Positions 1 through 9,723 of a stretch of 64,000 nt of DNA are shown here, piece by piece. Origin of the DNA: Bacilli bacterium (lineage in GTDB: Bacteria; Bacillota_I; Bacilli_A; ML615J-28; CAG-698); NCBI GenBank assembly GCA_028702495.1, contig JAQVOS010000001.1, positions 10,383 to 74,382 on the forward strand. The letters are read 5' to 3'. How positions within the stretch are numbered: the first letter of the stretch is position 1; each line of letters begins with the position of its first letter. A program made the translations under genes and the position numbers. The notes under the pieces were generated by a model. The model worked only from the letters and a program-made list of their open reading frames with translations. It searched no databases and had not been told where the DNA came from.

Positions 1-123
1 TTGTTCGTAGTTGGAAATCGCTTGACGCGTCAAGGATAAAACCGTCGCAAGTTCACTTTGGGTCATGTCTTTGTTTTTACGCAATCGAGATAAAAAAGCA
101 CCCCATTTTTCGGTATTAAACAT
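1..123 (-). CDS. HTH XRE-family transcriptional regulator, N-terminal part only (gene continues beyond window start)
   Basis: Reverse-strand ATG at 123-121 preceded by GGAGGAA RBS; translation MFNTEKWGAFLSRLRKNKDMTQSELATVLSLTRQAISNYEQ is a typical helix-turn-helix (HTH_3-like) motif. Confidence 0.6.
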   Translation of the reverse strand, partial: MFNTEKWGAFLSRLRKNKDMTQSELATVLSLTRQAISNYEQ

Positions 124-201
124 CTTGTGTTCCTCCAATCATTTTTTATGCTTTCATTATATCAAGAATAAAAATAATTGTCACGCAAACCTTACTTGCT
201 A

Positions 202-954
202 TCATCCTTTAAGAGTCCACTGTTTCTTTAATATCGATATCAAAAATTCAATGACCATGATAAGAATCATCAGAATAAATGTCCAAGCAAACACTTTTCC
301 CATTTCAAACTGTTGTTTTAAGAACAATAATTCACGACCAATAGAGAGGGTTGGTTGGATGATAAATTCACTCATAATCATGACTTTTAATCCGAGTCCC
401 AATGATTGGATTAACCCCGTAAATAGAAAGGGGGAAATGAGTGGTAAATATACATGACGAATGATAGGAATGTTAATGGTGGATAACATTCGTACATCAT
501 CGAGAATATTGGGATCTATCGAACGATAGCCTTGATAGATGGCTTCATACAACAATGGCAAGACGACAAATCCCGTAATAAACAAGGGACTATATTCATG
601 ACCAATTAAAACGAGCAAAATGATAATAATTGAAGCAACAGGAATGGTTTTTAAAAGGGTGATTTGAGGACGAATGAACGATGCAAAATGAGGATATTTA
701 ATTGAAAGACTCGCAAAAATGAGGGCTAAAACAAACGAGATGAGAACAGCCATTAGAATTCGAAATAAAGTGGTCGCTAAAACAAGGTAGGTATGGGGAA
801 CTATAAGTATTTGTACTAAATCTCGAAGTGTAGACCAGGGCGTTGGAAAGATAATTTCTTGATGAATCGCGAGTGAAGCCACGATCCATATGATGAGAAT
901 CATGATAATCCCCATTCCAAAAGCAAAACGATGTTTACTGAATAAAGTTTTCAT
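202..954 (-). CDS. ABC transporter permease (binding-protein-dependent inner membrane component, nitrate/sulfonate/taurine-type)
   Basis: 250-aa polytopic membrane protein; overlaps downstream end of adjacent substrate-binding lipoprotein gene by 20 nt. Confidence 0.65.
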   Translation of the reverse strand: MKTLFSKHRFAFGMGIIMILIIWIVASLAIHQEIIFPTPWSTLRDLVQILIVPHTYLVLATTLFRILMAVLISFVLALIFASLSIKYPHFASFIRPQITLLKTIPVASIIIILLVLIGHEYSPLFITGFVVLPLLYEAIYQGYRSIDPNILDDVRMLSTINIPIIRHVYLPLISPFLFTGLIQSLGLGLKVMIMSEFIIQPTLSIGRELLFLKQQFEMGKVFAWTFILMILIMVIEFLISILKKQWTLKG

Positions 955-1867
955 CGGGAATATTACCTCCTAAAATTTTAGAATTATAGGTGTTGATCAT
1001 ATTCAAATATTGCGTTAGTTGGGGTTTTATGTTAATACTTCTTGCATAAAAGATTTCACTTCGAGGAATGCTTAAAGCAATCGTTTCTTCGCCTAAACTT
1101 TGAAATAAAGGATATTTGGCAGGATCCAGTTTCACAAGAAGACTCGCGTAACTAGTAGGGTCTTCATTAAGCGCAATCACGTTATCATCAATATCTTCAA
1201 GAAGAGCAAGAATATCCTCATTCAACTCTTTTACAAAAATTCCAGCTTGAGGGATGAAGGCAATATCGTTTTCTAAAACAGTTTGAAGATTGATGATGTT
1301 TAATTCAATTCCCATTTTGTTTTCCAAGTTGGATAACACAGGTTCTGCACATAAAATGTAATCAACTGGTTGTAAACTCATGAACCGGTTGGTTACAACA
1401 TCATTGATGCTTGCTTCATAAACGATGGTTGTATTTACCTCTTGACTTGAAAGCGCTGCTTTTAAAATAATATCAGGAGTATTTCCCTCCCCATAAGAAG
1501 CCACGACTTTACCTTCTAGATCTTCTAGACTTGAAAGCGGGGTTTCTTTACGGCTAACAATATAAGAATTACCTGTCGTGAGGACGGCAGCAAAATGGTA
1601 CTCGGAAGCTCCATTCATATAAAGCTTTGCTGCCGCAGTGATAGGAGCCACAATGACATCATAATGATCTTGGACAAGCTCGCTTGTTAATACGTCAGGA
1701 CCCGATACAATCCGAAACTCTAGATCTTCGCGATCATATAACCCTCCTAAAGCGATGGAAGGAATACCCTCTGGAAACAGGATTGTTAAGGGGGACTTCG
1801 TGTTTTCCTTACAACCACTAACACTAATTGTTAACAAAATTAAGATTAAAACAAGTAACTTTTTCAT
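935..1867 (-). CDS. ABC transporter substrate-binding lipoprotein (NMT1/SsuA-like)
   Basis: N-terminal signal peptide with lipobox (LTISVSGC); size and periplasmic-binding-protein-like composition; operonic with permease. Confidence 0.6.
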   Translation of the reverse strand: MKKLLVLILILLTISVSGCKENTKSPLTILFPEGIPSIALGGLYDREDLEFRIVSGPDVLTSELVQDHYDVIVAPITAAAKLYMNGASEYHFAAVLTTGNSYIVSRKETPLSSLEDLEGKVVASYGEGNTPDIILKAALSSQEVNTTIVYEASINDVVTNRFMSLQPVDYILCAEPVLSNLENKMGIELNIINLQTVLENDIAFIPQAGIFVKELNEDILALLEDIDDNVIALNEDPTSYASLLVKLDPAKYPLFQSLGEETIALSIPRSEIFYARSINIKPQLTQYLNMINTYNSKILGGNIPDENFIQ

Positions 1868-1913
1868 AATAATACCTCTTTATAGGTTTATTTTACATGA
1901 AAATAGTAATTTT

Positions 1914-1935
1914 TATCGTAACATATGTTACGATA
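1914..1935. promoter_or_regulatory. Perfect 22-bp palindrome TATCGTAACATATGTTACGATA (core GTAAC-N4-GTTAC); candidate Crp/Fnr-family operator in the divergent intergenic region
   Basis: Read directly; same 14-bp core recurs at 1994-2007; geometry resembles FNR-type boxes (5-N4-5). Confidence 0.5.
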
Positions 1936-1960
1936 AAACGTTTTACTTTTCTTACCTACA

Positions 1961-1989
1961 TTGAATAATCAAGAGCTTTGTGCTATAAT
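1961..1989 (+). promoter_or_regulatory. Sigma-A-type promoter for the Crp/Fnr gene: TTGAAT-17bp-TGcTATAAT (extended -10)
   Basis: TTGAAT at 1961-1966, TATAAT at 1984-1989 with TGn at 1981-1983; 17-bp spacer. Confidence 0.55.
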
Positions 1990-1993
1990 TTTG

Positions 1994-2007
1994 GTAACAT
2001 ATGTTAC
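1994..2007. promoter_or_regulatory. Second copy of palindrome GTAACATATGTTAC, immediately downstream of the -10 box (predicted to overlap the transcription start of the Crp/Fnr gene)
   Basis: Read directly; centre-to-centre about 75 bp from first copy. Confidence 0.5.
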
Positions 2008-2019
2008 AAGGGGGATTTT

Positions 2020-2637
2020 ATGAATCCATTATTTGATATGATTGAAGCGAATTTTCCCAATGTTATCACTTATAAAACGTATGAACGCCAGGAAGTGATT
2101 TTTTTAGAACAAGCTTCTTGTAAAGCAGTTGGGTTTATTATAAAGGGGAAAATGCACATTCAAACATTTGGGTGTGGCGAAGATCCTTATATCATCCAAA
2201 CTTTAAATACGGGGGACACCTTTGGCGAAACCCTTCTATTTTCAAATGAAGCCACCTATCTCGGAGTCGGAATTGCGCTCGATAAAATCAAAATTGCTTA
2301 TGTGGGGCGAGGCGATTTACTTCGGATTATGCAAGAGTCTTCTCTCTTTTTAAGAAACTATCTTTTAGTAATGGCTGAAAAAAGCATCCTTCATCAGATG
2401 CGCCTGAAAGTCTTGCTACAAAAAACAATTCGTGATAAAATCCTATTTTCCCTCCATGAGCAAGCAAAAACCCAAGGTTCCCTGACGGTGCGAACACCGA
2501 CAAAAGAAGCTTGGGCAGCTTATCTAAATATTCCTCGTCCATCACTATCCCGTGAATTAATAGTAATGCGAGATGAAGGACTTCTAAAGTTGGACCGATT
2601 CTATGTGACGCTTCTAAAAGAAGTCAGTAACATTTAA
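2020..2637 (+). CDS. Crp/Fnr-family transcriptional regulator (cNMP-binding domain + C-terminal HTH)
   Basis: ATG at 2020 preceded by GGGGGA RBS; beta-roll effector-domain-like N-terminus, C-terminal HTH (…RPSLSRELIVMRDEGLL…); ORF-track N-terminal extension from 1978 lacks RBS. Confidence 0.7.
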   Translation: MNPLFDMIEANFPNVITYKTYERQEVIFLEQASCKAVGFIIKGKMHIQTFGCGEDPYIIQTLNTGDTFGETLLFSNEATYLGVGIALDKIKIAYVGRGDLLRIMQESSLFLRNYLLVMAEKSILHQMRLKVLLQKTIRDKILFSLHEQAKTQGSLTVRTPTKEAWAAYLNIPRPSLSRELIVMRDEGLLKLDRFYVTLLKEVSNI

Positions 2638-4349
2638 ATGGTAATGCTTGTTCTATATAGTTTTTCGTAATAGCCGCCTTGATGAACCAAATCTTGATGA
2701 CGACCTCTTTCTAAAATTCCATTTTGTCCTAAGACAATGATTTCATCAGCATTTTTAACCGTTGATAGACGATGGGCAATGGTGATGGTGGTGCGCCCAG
2801 CCGATAATTCTTCAAGAGATTGCTGAATCAGATTTTCTGTAATATTATCCAGAGATGAAGTCGCTTCATCGAGTATTAATATCCGTGGATTTTTTAAGAA
2901 TAAGCGAGCAATGGCAATGCGTTGCTTCTGTCCTCCTGAAAGTTTAATTCCGCGTTCTCCTACCAACGTATGATAGCCTTCATCTTGACTCATTACAAAG
3001 TCGTGGATGCGGGCTTTTTTTGCAGCCTCGATGATTTCTTCATCTGTGGCATCCACTTTGCCATATAAAATATTTTCACGAATGGTTCCATAAAATATAA
3101 TGACATCTTGTTGAACATGGCCAATGGCGCTGCGAAGATCATCTAAATCATATTCTTTCACATTCACTCCATCGACTAAAATGGCGCCTTCATTGACATC
3201 ATAGAAGCGAGGAATCAGTTTTGAAATGGTTGATTTCCCCACTCCTGTTTCTCCAACTAAAGCCACTTTTTGTCCGGCCTTAATTTTTAAATTAAAGTGA
3301 TTTAAGATATGAGTTGCTTCGCTTTGTTCATATTGAAAACTGACATTCTTAAATTCGATATCACCCTTAAAATTCGTACAATGCTGAGGATTCAAGGGGG
3401 AAACAATTTGAGAATCGATTTCCATCACCTGATAAAACTTTTCTACGCCTGAGAATCCATTTTGTAACTGTTCCATTGAATTGGTAATACGAGCAATCGG
3501 ACGAGTAAGGAAGTGAATGTAGAGGAAGAAGGTGGTTAGTTCAATGATGGTGATATCACCACTAGCGACAAAGAAACTTCCAAAAACAAGCGTAGCCACA
3601 TGGGTAAGATTCATAAAGAAATCATTCCCCGTCGAGTAAAGACCAATCTCACGGAATGTTGTGGTTCTCGCTTTTTTGAATTGCTCATTTATATTTTCAA
3701 ATTTTTCAATTTCCATCTCTTCATTGTTGAAAGCTTTTGTGAGACGAATCCCACTGAGACTACTCTCAGTGATGCTATTGAGTTCTCCTTGAGCAGTACG
3801 AGCCAAACGAAAGCCTTTCAACATTTTACTTCGTCTTGATAATGAATAAATAATCACAAAAGAAACAAAGACAAAAACAATTAAAGTAAGGAGCCAACTC
3901 GTATTTAGGAGAATGAAAAAACTTCCAATGAACATGACAATGGAAATAAAGATATCTTCAGGAACGTGGTGACTCATTTCTGATACATCATGAAGATAAG
4001 TAGTTAGATGCGTCATGAGTTCTCCTGTTTTCTTATCATCATAATACTGATAATCTAGGGATTGAAACTTCTTATATAAATCGCGTCTCATATCGCTTTC
4101 AAGTCGAATCCCCATGATATGTCCATAATATCCAATGATATAGCCTAGGAAGAACTTCAGTCCAAATAAGACAAGCAAAAAGCCCCCTAAAAGCAACACT
4201 GTTTTAGTATCCCCTACAAATTTATATAAGATCTCTTGTGTGACCTGAGGGAAGACGAGGTCAATCCCTGCAACAATCAAAGCACAAAACAAATCGAGGG
4301 TTAACAGTGCCCAATGGGGGCGATAGTAACGAATGAACTTTTTAATCAT
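2634..4349 (-). CDS. ABC exporter, fused permease/ATPase (MsbA/multidrug-like)
   Basis: N-terminal 6-TM domain, Walker A GETGVGKST, ABC signature LSGGQKQR, Walker B ILILDEATS. Confidence 0.85.
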   Translation of the reverse strand: MIKKFIRYYRPHWALLTLDLFCALIVAGIDLVFPQVTQEILYKFVGDTKTVLLLGGFLLVLFGLKFFLGYIIGYYGHIMGIRLESDMRRDLYKKFQSLDYQYYDDKKTGELMTHLTTYLHDVSEMSHHVPEDIFISIVMFIGSFFILLNTSWLLTLIVFVFVSFVIIYSLSRRSKMLKGFRLARTAQGELNSITESSLSGIRLTKAFNNEEMEIEKFENINEQFKKARTTTFREIGLYSTGNDFFMNLTHVATLVFGSFFVASGDITIIELTTFFLYIHFLTRPIARITNSMEQLQNGFSGVEKFYQVMEIDSQIVSPLNPQHCTNFKGDIEFKNVSFQYEQSEATHILNHFNLKIKAGQKVALVGETGVGKSTISKLIPRFYDVNEGAILVDGVNVKEYDLDDLRSAIGHVQQDVIIFYGTIRENILYGKVDATDEEIIEAAKKARIHDFVMSQDEGYHTLVGERGIKLSGGQKQRIAIARLFLKNPRILILDEATSSLDNITENLIQQSLEELSAGRTTITIAHRLSTVKNADEIIVLGQNGILERGRHQDLVHQGGYYEKLYRTSITI

Positions 4350-5110
4350 AATGAATCTCTTTCTCCTAAGTAATCAAAAATAGCGTCTATTAATTTCTGG
4401 TTATTGGTTGACAATAACATGAGATGTGTAATGTCATCAAATATTATCTTTTTCTTTTCAGGGCTTAAACAAAATTGGTACACTTCTTCAACTGAACCAC
4501 GTGGAACCAATTGATCCAGTTCTCCCCATAAGATGAGTGTGGGAATATTGTAAGGCTCAATGGATGAGGTGACTCGTTTAATGATTTTTCGAAAAGCTAA
4601 AAAGTATTTAGGAAGAGCGGTAACGAGAAAAGCTCTAGCTCCAAAATGAAGCGATTTTTTATCATCTTCAAAAACAAAACTTAGCTTTTTAGCAAATTTA
4701 TTTTCTTTTGAAGTTTCATGTTCCTTTTTTGCTTTTTTCAATCCTTTGAGAATGCGCCAATATATGGCTGCTTTCACGATGGGAGCTTCCAAGTTGAAAT
4801 ACTTATAAGCTGGAGCAAGTAAAACAAGACGATGGATGGGGTATTTTGATGCCAAATAAGCCCCTAACGCTCCTCCCATCGAATATCCAATAACATCAAT
4901 CGTTTGATATTTTTTTGCTAATTCTTGATAGGTTTTATCTAATAAAGCGAAGGTAGCTTCTTCAGTAAATTTTTCTTTACCAAACGCGATCCCGTGCCCA
5001 GGAAAACAAATTCGATGAACATAATCGTATTGTTTATTCAAGTCTTCAATGATGGGTTCAAAATCGTGTTTATCACTTAGAAATCCATGGAGAAGGAGAA
5101 TACATTTCAT
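4346..5110 (-). CDS. alpha/beta-fold hydrolase (esterase/lipase-like)
   Basis: Nucleophile elbow GYSMGG; start HGFLSDKHDF typical of the fold; 4-nt overlaps with both neighbours. Confidence 0.7.
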   Translation of the reverse strand: MKCILLLHGFLSDKHDFEPIIEDLNKQYDYVHRICFPGHGIAFGKEKFTEEATFALLDKTYQELAKKYQTIDVIGYSMGGALGAYLASKYPIHRLVLLAPAYKYFNLEAPIVKAAIYWRILKGLKKAKKEHETSKENKFAKKLSFVFEDDKKSLHFGARAFLVTALPKYFLAFRKIIKRVTSSIEPYNIPTLILWGELDQLVPRGSVEEVYQFCLSPEKKKIIFDDITHLMLLSTNNQKLIDAIFDYLGERDSL

Positions 5111-6036
5111 AGAGCTTCTTCTTTCACAGGTTCTGGTTTTTTGGTGAATAATTTAATGATGCGGTTCGGAATAAAACTGACAACATCCTTCATAACAACT
5201 GGAAGAGTTTGCATCGATTCTTTAATGGCTTCGCGACGAATGGCTGTTTTTGTTGCATCTTTTACATCAGAGAATAAATATCGACGTGTAATAAACCCTA
5301 TTCGAAGTGTAAGTAGAGCATTTGATATTCCTTGAAGAATAGACGATGCAATGGGTTTCATCAAAGGAATATCAGCGAAGAAATTCACTGTTGATTGAGG
5401 AAAGATATCATTAAAATCAAGTCCTTCTAATGTTTCAGCAACAAGAGCTGTTCCAACAACATTCAAGGATAGTTTTCCCAGCCGAGCATACGAAGGACGA
5501 AACCCACACTTCAAGACGATTTCTTTAATCATCTTCAAATTGACGGATAAAACGGTGAACATATCTAGTTTCCCATTTTGCGAAATGGCAGTTGAAATCA
5601 TGACGGTGGTTGCGTTACGAATAATGATGTTACGAATCTCTTTTTTAATGGCTGTATTAAAGACGTTGTTTAAAGCCACTCTTAATTCTTCTTTGTCCTT
5701 AAAACTATTATTGAGAGTTGTGGCTTCTTCTGTCGTTAAGACATTATTTTCGATGATATTTTTCGCCACACGTTTATAAACTTGAGTTCGTTTTTGATTG
5801 TTTTCTTCCATGGTGGTCGTAATGGAAAATGTTGGGGCGAAGAGTATGATACGAACGGGGTTAATAATTAAGAAATACACTAAGATGGTATAAAGTGCAT
5901 AAAAACCATACTCTACATATGGATGAAGAGTTCGTAGTTTTTCCCCAAGTGATATCGCTGAACTAATCATCATGAGAAGAACAATGATACCAACACCGAT
6001 TAAAATTAAAATCCAAAAACGATTGCGCTTATTCAT
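5107..6036 (-). CDS. YcjF/DUF697-family membrane protein
   Basis: Two N-terminal TM helices followed by a region resembling E. coli YcjF (…RNATTVMISTAISQNGKLDMFTVLSVNLKMIKEI… / …LTLRIGFIT…). Confidence 0.5.
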   Translation of the reverse strand: MNKRNRFWILILIGVGIIVLLMMISSAISLGEKLRTLHPYVEYGFYALYTILVYFLIINPVRIILFAPTFSITTTMEENNQKRTQVYKRVAKNIIENNVLTTEEATTLNNSFKDKEELRVALNNVFNTAIKKEIRNIIIRNATTVMISTAISQNGKLDMFTVLSVNLKMIKEIVLKCGFRPSYARLGKLSLNVVGTALVAETLEGLDFNDIFPQSTVNFFADIPLMKPIASSILQGISNALLTLRIGFITRRYLFSDVKDATKTAIRREAIKESMQTLPVVMKDVVSFIPNRIIKLFTKKPEPVKEEAL

Positions 6037-6045
6037 TTTGATCTC

Positions 6046-7671
6046 CTATTTTTTGCTATTTTTTTCCATCCAACCACTAATATCACTAGGATGCATTGGT
6101 CGTGCAAAGTAATACCCCTGTCCATAATCACATCCCATTTCAATAAGTGTATTAAGGATTTCCTTGGTTTCAATTCCTTCTGCTACGACTGCATATCCCA
6201 TATCATGGGCTAAGTCAATGATGGCTTTCACTAAGATTCTTGTATTGTTATTATTTACAATGTTCATGGTAAAACCACGATCAATTTTTATCTTTTTAAT
6301 TGGTAAATCACGAAGATACGCAAGGGATGAATACTCATTTCCAAAATCATCTAGTACGATGGATATTTTTTCAAGGGATAACGTTTTTAGCATGTTTTCT
6401 GCTGCTTGTTTGTTTAGCATTAGAGTGGATTCGGTAATCTCTACTTCAATCGCATAGTCTGGAAGAGCGGCCATTCTAATTTTTTCAACGATGGATTCAA
6501 TTAGGAGTGGCTCATATAAATTCCGCTGTGATATATTAACAGATATCACAAAATTGCTTCCTGTGAAATCATAAGTTTTGTAATCAGATATGACTTTCAT
6601 GCAAACCCATTCTGTGATTTGGTTAATGAGGCGTGTTTTTTCAGCGAGAGGTATAAACCCTCCTGGATAAAGGATGTTATTTTTATGTTGCCATCGTACT
6701 AAAGCTTCCATGCCTTGACAAGTATTTGTTTTCAAATCAACAATGGGTTGATATGTCATAAATAGTTGATTTTCTTTAATGGCTTGTGGTAGTTCCCCCA
6801 ATAATATAAAAGAACTTTGATCTTTTTCATGTGATTGATTATATATGGCATGTTTTAAAAAATGTTTTTTTGCATACATAGATGCAACATCGCTTTCATG
6901 AAAGCGATCCACAATATCATCTGGATTACCCGTTAAACTGACGCCAATAGAATAGTCAATATAAAGGGGAATGGTTCCACTCACAAGATTCATTTGTTCA
7001 AGATAAGCCATGAAAGGTTCAATCACGTGGTGGTATTCTTCGTGTGATAGTTCAATCCAAAAGCGTCGTTCATCAACAAAGACAGCATAAGCTTCGGGGC
7101 TTAGAAAGTTACAAATCAGTTGATGCATTTTTGCAAGAATGGCTCCATAAGCTTCATTTCCAATTAAGACAATTAATTCTTCATGATTATTAATTTGGAG
7201 CGTTAAAGCAACAAAAGGATTTGGATTATCGTTGTCTCGTTTTGCTTCTAAATAATAATTAACATTGGGAATGTTTGTTAAAACATCATGGGTATGATGT
7301 AAATGAAGGATTGCTAATTGCTTCTTCAGAAATAACAATAGATCCCCCATGGTGATTCCTATCAAAACAAAATAAAATGTTCGATATAATGAACTAGAAA
7401 ATTCTTCCCCATGACCTGGTAAAAGAACATACGTCATGAGGGGACCTATCAATAAGCCCGCAATAATTCCCGTAACACCAGCAACCCATGGACCCAAAAA
7501 TACAGCAGCAATTAACACTGTAAGATACATAGTATGTGCGAAAGCGCTTGGAATACCACCTGTAATATACACAAGAAAAGTGTTTAAAATAAGAGAAAAA
7601 GCAATGATTGCAATCGAGACGCGTTTGGCTTTTCGACCAGGATTCATAATAAACTTCAATATTTTGTTCAT
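6046..7671 (-). CDS. Membrane-anchored c-di-GMP phosphodiesterase: N-terminal TM domain, degenerate GGDEF-like middle domain, C-terminal EAL domain
   Basis: EALVRW motif and downstream EAL-domain blocks (…EITES…, …DDFGNEYSSLAYL…, …IKIDRGF…); no intact GG(D/E)EF motif in the middle domain. Confidence 0.8.
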   Translation of the reverse strand: MNKILKFIMNPGRKAKRVSIAIIAFSLILNTFLVYITGGIPSAFAHTMYLTVLIAAVFLGPWVAGVTGIIAGLLIGPLMTYVLLPGHGEEFSSSLYRTFYFVLIGITMGDLLLFLKKQLAILHLHHTHDVLTNIPNVNYYLEAKRDNDNPNPFVALTLQINNHEELIVLIGNEAYGAILAKMHQLICNFLSPEAYAVFVDERRFWIELSHEEYHHVIEPFMAYLEQMNLVSGTIPLYIDYSIGVSLTGNPDDIVDRFHESDVASMYAKKHFLKHAIYNQSHEKDQSSFILLGELPQAIKENQLFMTYQPIVDLKTNTCQGMEALVRWQHKNNILYPGGFIPLAEKTRLINQITEWVCMKVISDYKTYDFTGSNFVISVNISQRNLYEPLLIESIVEKIRMAALPDYAIEVEITESTLMLNKQAAENMLKTLSLEKISIVLDDFGNEYSSLAYLRDLPIKKIKIDRGFTMNIVNNNNTRILVKAIIDLAHDMGYAVVAEGIETKEILNTLIEMGCDYGQGYYFARPMHPSDISGWMEKNSKK

Positions 7672-7870
7672 ACTGTATAATCTCCTACTCCAAAAATGGA
7701 TTCTTGAGCGTATATCTTAATCTTATCATATCAAGAAATGCGCTTCTTGTCAATTCAAAACTATGCCTAATATATACTTTTTCATCAATCAATAGTCATA
7801 TAGAATTACAATTTTATTGTCGATTTCTTCGTAAGATGTCTCTTCATACAAACTTTTTATACACTGTCAT

Positions 7871-7898
7871 ATAAAAAGTAGGCCGTTGACGCCTACTT
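7871..7898 (-). terminator. Rho-independent terminator for lipoprotein gene (stem AAGTAGGC/GCCTACTT, U-run on minus strand)
   Basis: 8-bp stem, 7-nt loop, A-run 7871-7877 on plus strand (= T-run on minus). Confidence 0.55.
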
Positions 7899-7943
7899 GT
7901 GAAATGTTTTTATAATAATGGTATTGAATGAACTTTCATGAAC

Positions 7944-8816
7944 TTATTCAATGGAGAAATTTCTAATATAGATACCGATGGACTGAATATCAGGATCACT
8001 TAAAACACTAAAATACTGATTGATTTCTTCCATGGTACATATTTCATAGGTTATAATAAGAATATATACTCCAATAGAAGTGGTAATTCCTTCTTCTTCC
8101 ACCCCATATAAATCATATTTTTCTTGCATATAAGCATCACGCGTGTTGTTATCATACCCTTTAGGATCCATTAAGAGAACAACTTCGACATTCACAAAGG
8201 GATGAGAGAGCCTCTCTTCTACTTTAGTTATATCAGCTGGAAAGTTAAAATACTCAACGACTGCAACTTGAGTCGTTTCACCAACCACGGACTCTAGTCC
8301 TTTAATTAGATCATATTGAATAGCAAAGTAATACTCCCTTGGAGCATATAGACATATAGCTACTTCTGGTCTTTGCATATTTGCATGAACCGTGAGGATC
8401 CCATCTTCATGAAACAGGTGATGAATAACAACTTTGGTCCCCACAACGTGATCAAACTCAATGAAGAGAATTAAACCCTTTTTTTCAAAATAAGCTTCGT
8501 TATAAAAGGTGTTATCATATCCCGATTCAATAAATTCTTCATAGGATTCAAAGTGGATTAGGATGGGATAATCTATTCCTGGTTCAACCTGATGAGGTGA
8601 AGATTGAGCGAGTCGAGGATATGTCCCCATAGTAAAGGGAATCACTCCTTCCGTATCACTATGAACGAAATGTTCTTCTGAATCTATGGCCGTCTCTTCT
8701 TTTGAATATTGATTTTTATCATCATTGATAAGCGAATCTTGTGCCGGAAGTGTGCATCCTGTTAGTATTCCTAATGCAACGATAACCATCAATATTTTCC
8801 TAATTACTTGTTTCAT
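7944..8816 (-). CDS. Hypothetical lipoprotein
   Basis: Signal peptide with lipobox LTGC; no recognisable catalytic motif. Confidence 0.5.
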   Translation of the reverse strand: MKQVIRKILMVIVALGILTGCTLPAQDSLINDDKNQYSKEETAIDSEEHFVHSDTEGVIPFTMGTYPRLAQSSPHQVEPGIDYPILIHFESYEEFIESGYDNTFYNEAYFEKKGLILFIEFDHVVGTKVVIHHLFHEDGILTVHANMQRPEVAICLYAPREYYFAIQYDLIKGLESVVGETTQVAVVEYFNFPADITKVEERLSHPFVNVEVVLLMDPKGYDNNTRDAYMQEKYDLYGVEEEGITTSIGVYILIITYEICTMEEINQYFSVLSDPDIQSIGIYIRNFSIE

Positions 8817-8899
8817 CAGTCTAGCCTTCTTTCATTTGATAATACGAAGAAGACCTTTTGATTATTGGAAAAATGTTTAATGTTGTTGTTTTTTCATCT

Positions 8900-9682
8900 T
8901 CAATGAGTCGTTTCTTTAAAGAAGGCTTGTGTAAGAATTGGCAAAGTGATATCTTCTTTTACATTTTTAATAAATGTTGCCAATTCTTCTACATCAAAAT
9001 CTTGTAATGTTTTCCCCTTTTTTGAAGTTGCTGCCTTTGCATTACCCACATAATGATGAGGATAATTGGCATACCAACTAAGCCCTGTGAATAAGTTGGG
9101 AATGTGAGATAGACGCATTAAGGGCGTTACTTCTCCATCAGAGATCTCATTCATATGGATGAGATGTGGGTGATTCGCAAGAGAGATGCTGGTTTCGCAC
9201 TCACAAGCATGACCATGCCATTTCGTTGTCCTTACACTTTGATATAATTTGGTACGTGCTTCCGAACCTGGCTGATATAAATATAGCTGATAATCACGTT
9301 CTTTATCGAGTTGAGATTGGGCAAGGAATGTTAAAAAGGCGTTGTTGCCCCCATGGCCATTCACAAGAATGATTTTTTTGATACCATTACGACCCATCTC
9401 ATCAAGAAGCGATTGGACGAGTTCCATCAAAAGAGAACTTTTTATTGCAATGGTTCCTGGAAAACAGCGTGCTTCTAAAATCTGCCCGAAATAAAAGGGA
9501 GGAAAAACAAGAACCTCTTCTTTTTCACTGGCAAGTACCGCTAAGCGATGAACATTTAAAAAATCAGTTCCCAAAGGAAGATGATCTCCATGTTTTTCTA
9601 ATACTCCAAAGGTTAGAACACAAACAGGATTTCGTGTAACAACTTCATGAAATTGCTTTGATGTTAATTCTTCCCATTTCAT
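8900..9682 (-). CDS. Creatininase-family (creatinine amidohydrolase-like) metal-dependent amidase
   Basis: Family-typical blocks …LEKHGDHLPLGTD… and …VNGHGGN…; about 260 aa. Confidence 0.7.
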   Translation of the reverse strand: MKWEELTSKQFHEVVTRNPVCVLTFGVLEKHGDHLPLGTDFLNVHRLAVLASEKEEVLVFPPFYFGQILEARCFPGTIAIKSSLLMELVQSLLDEMGRNGIKKIILVNGHGGNNAFLTFLAQSQLDKERDYQLYLYQPGSEARTKLYQSVRTTKWHGHACECETSISLANHPHLIHMNEISDGEVTPLMRLSHIPNLFTGLSWYANYPHHYVGNAKAATSKKGKTLQDFDVEELATFIKNVKEDITLPILTQAFFKETTH

Positions 9683-9723
9683 ATATTATACTTCCTTTCA
9701 ATCAATTGATTCAATACAAAAAT

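Noticed and set aside
65-457. 130-aa plus-strand ORF and many other 60-100-aa ORFs antisense to or nested within larger genes (e.g. 698-889, 3600-3839, 12766-12948, 13612-14095, 23902-24353, 29593-29918, 52435-52746, 60982-61221)
   Set aside because: All are embedded in longer, motif-supported genes on the other strand or frame, lack an RBS, and have low-complexity translations; treated as spurious
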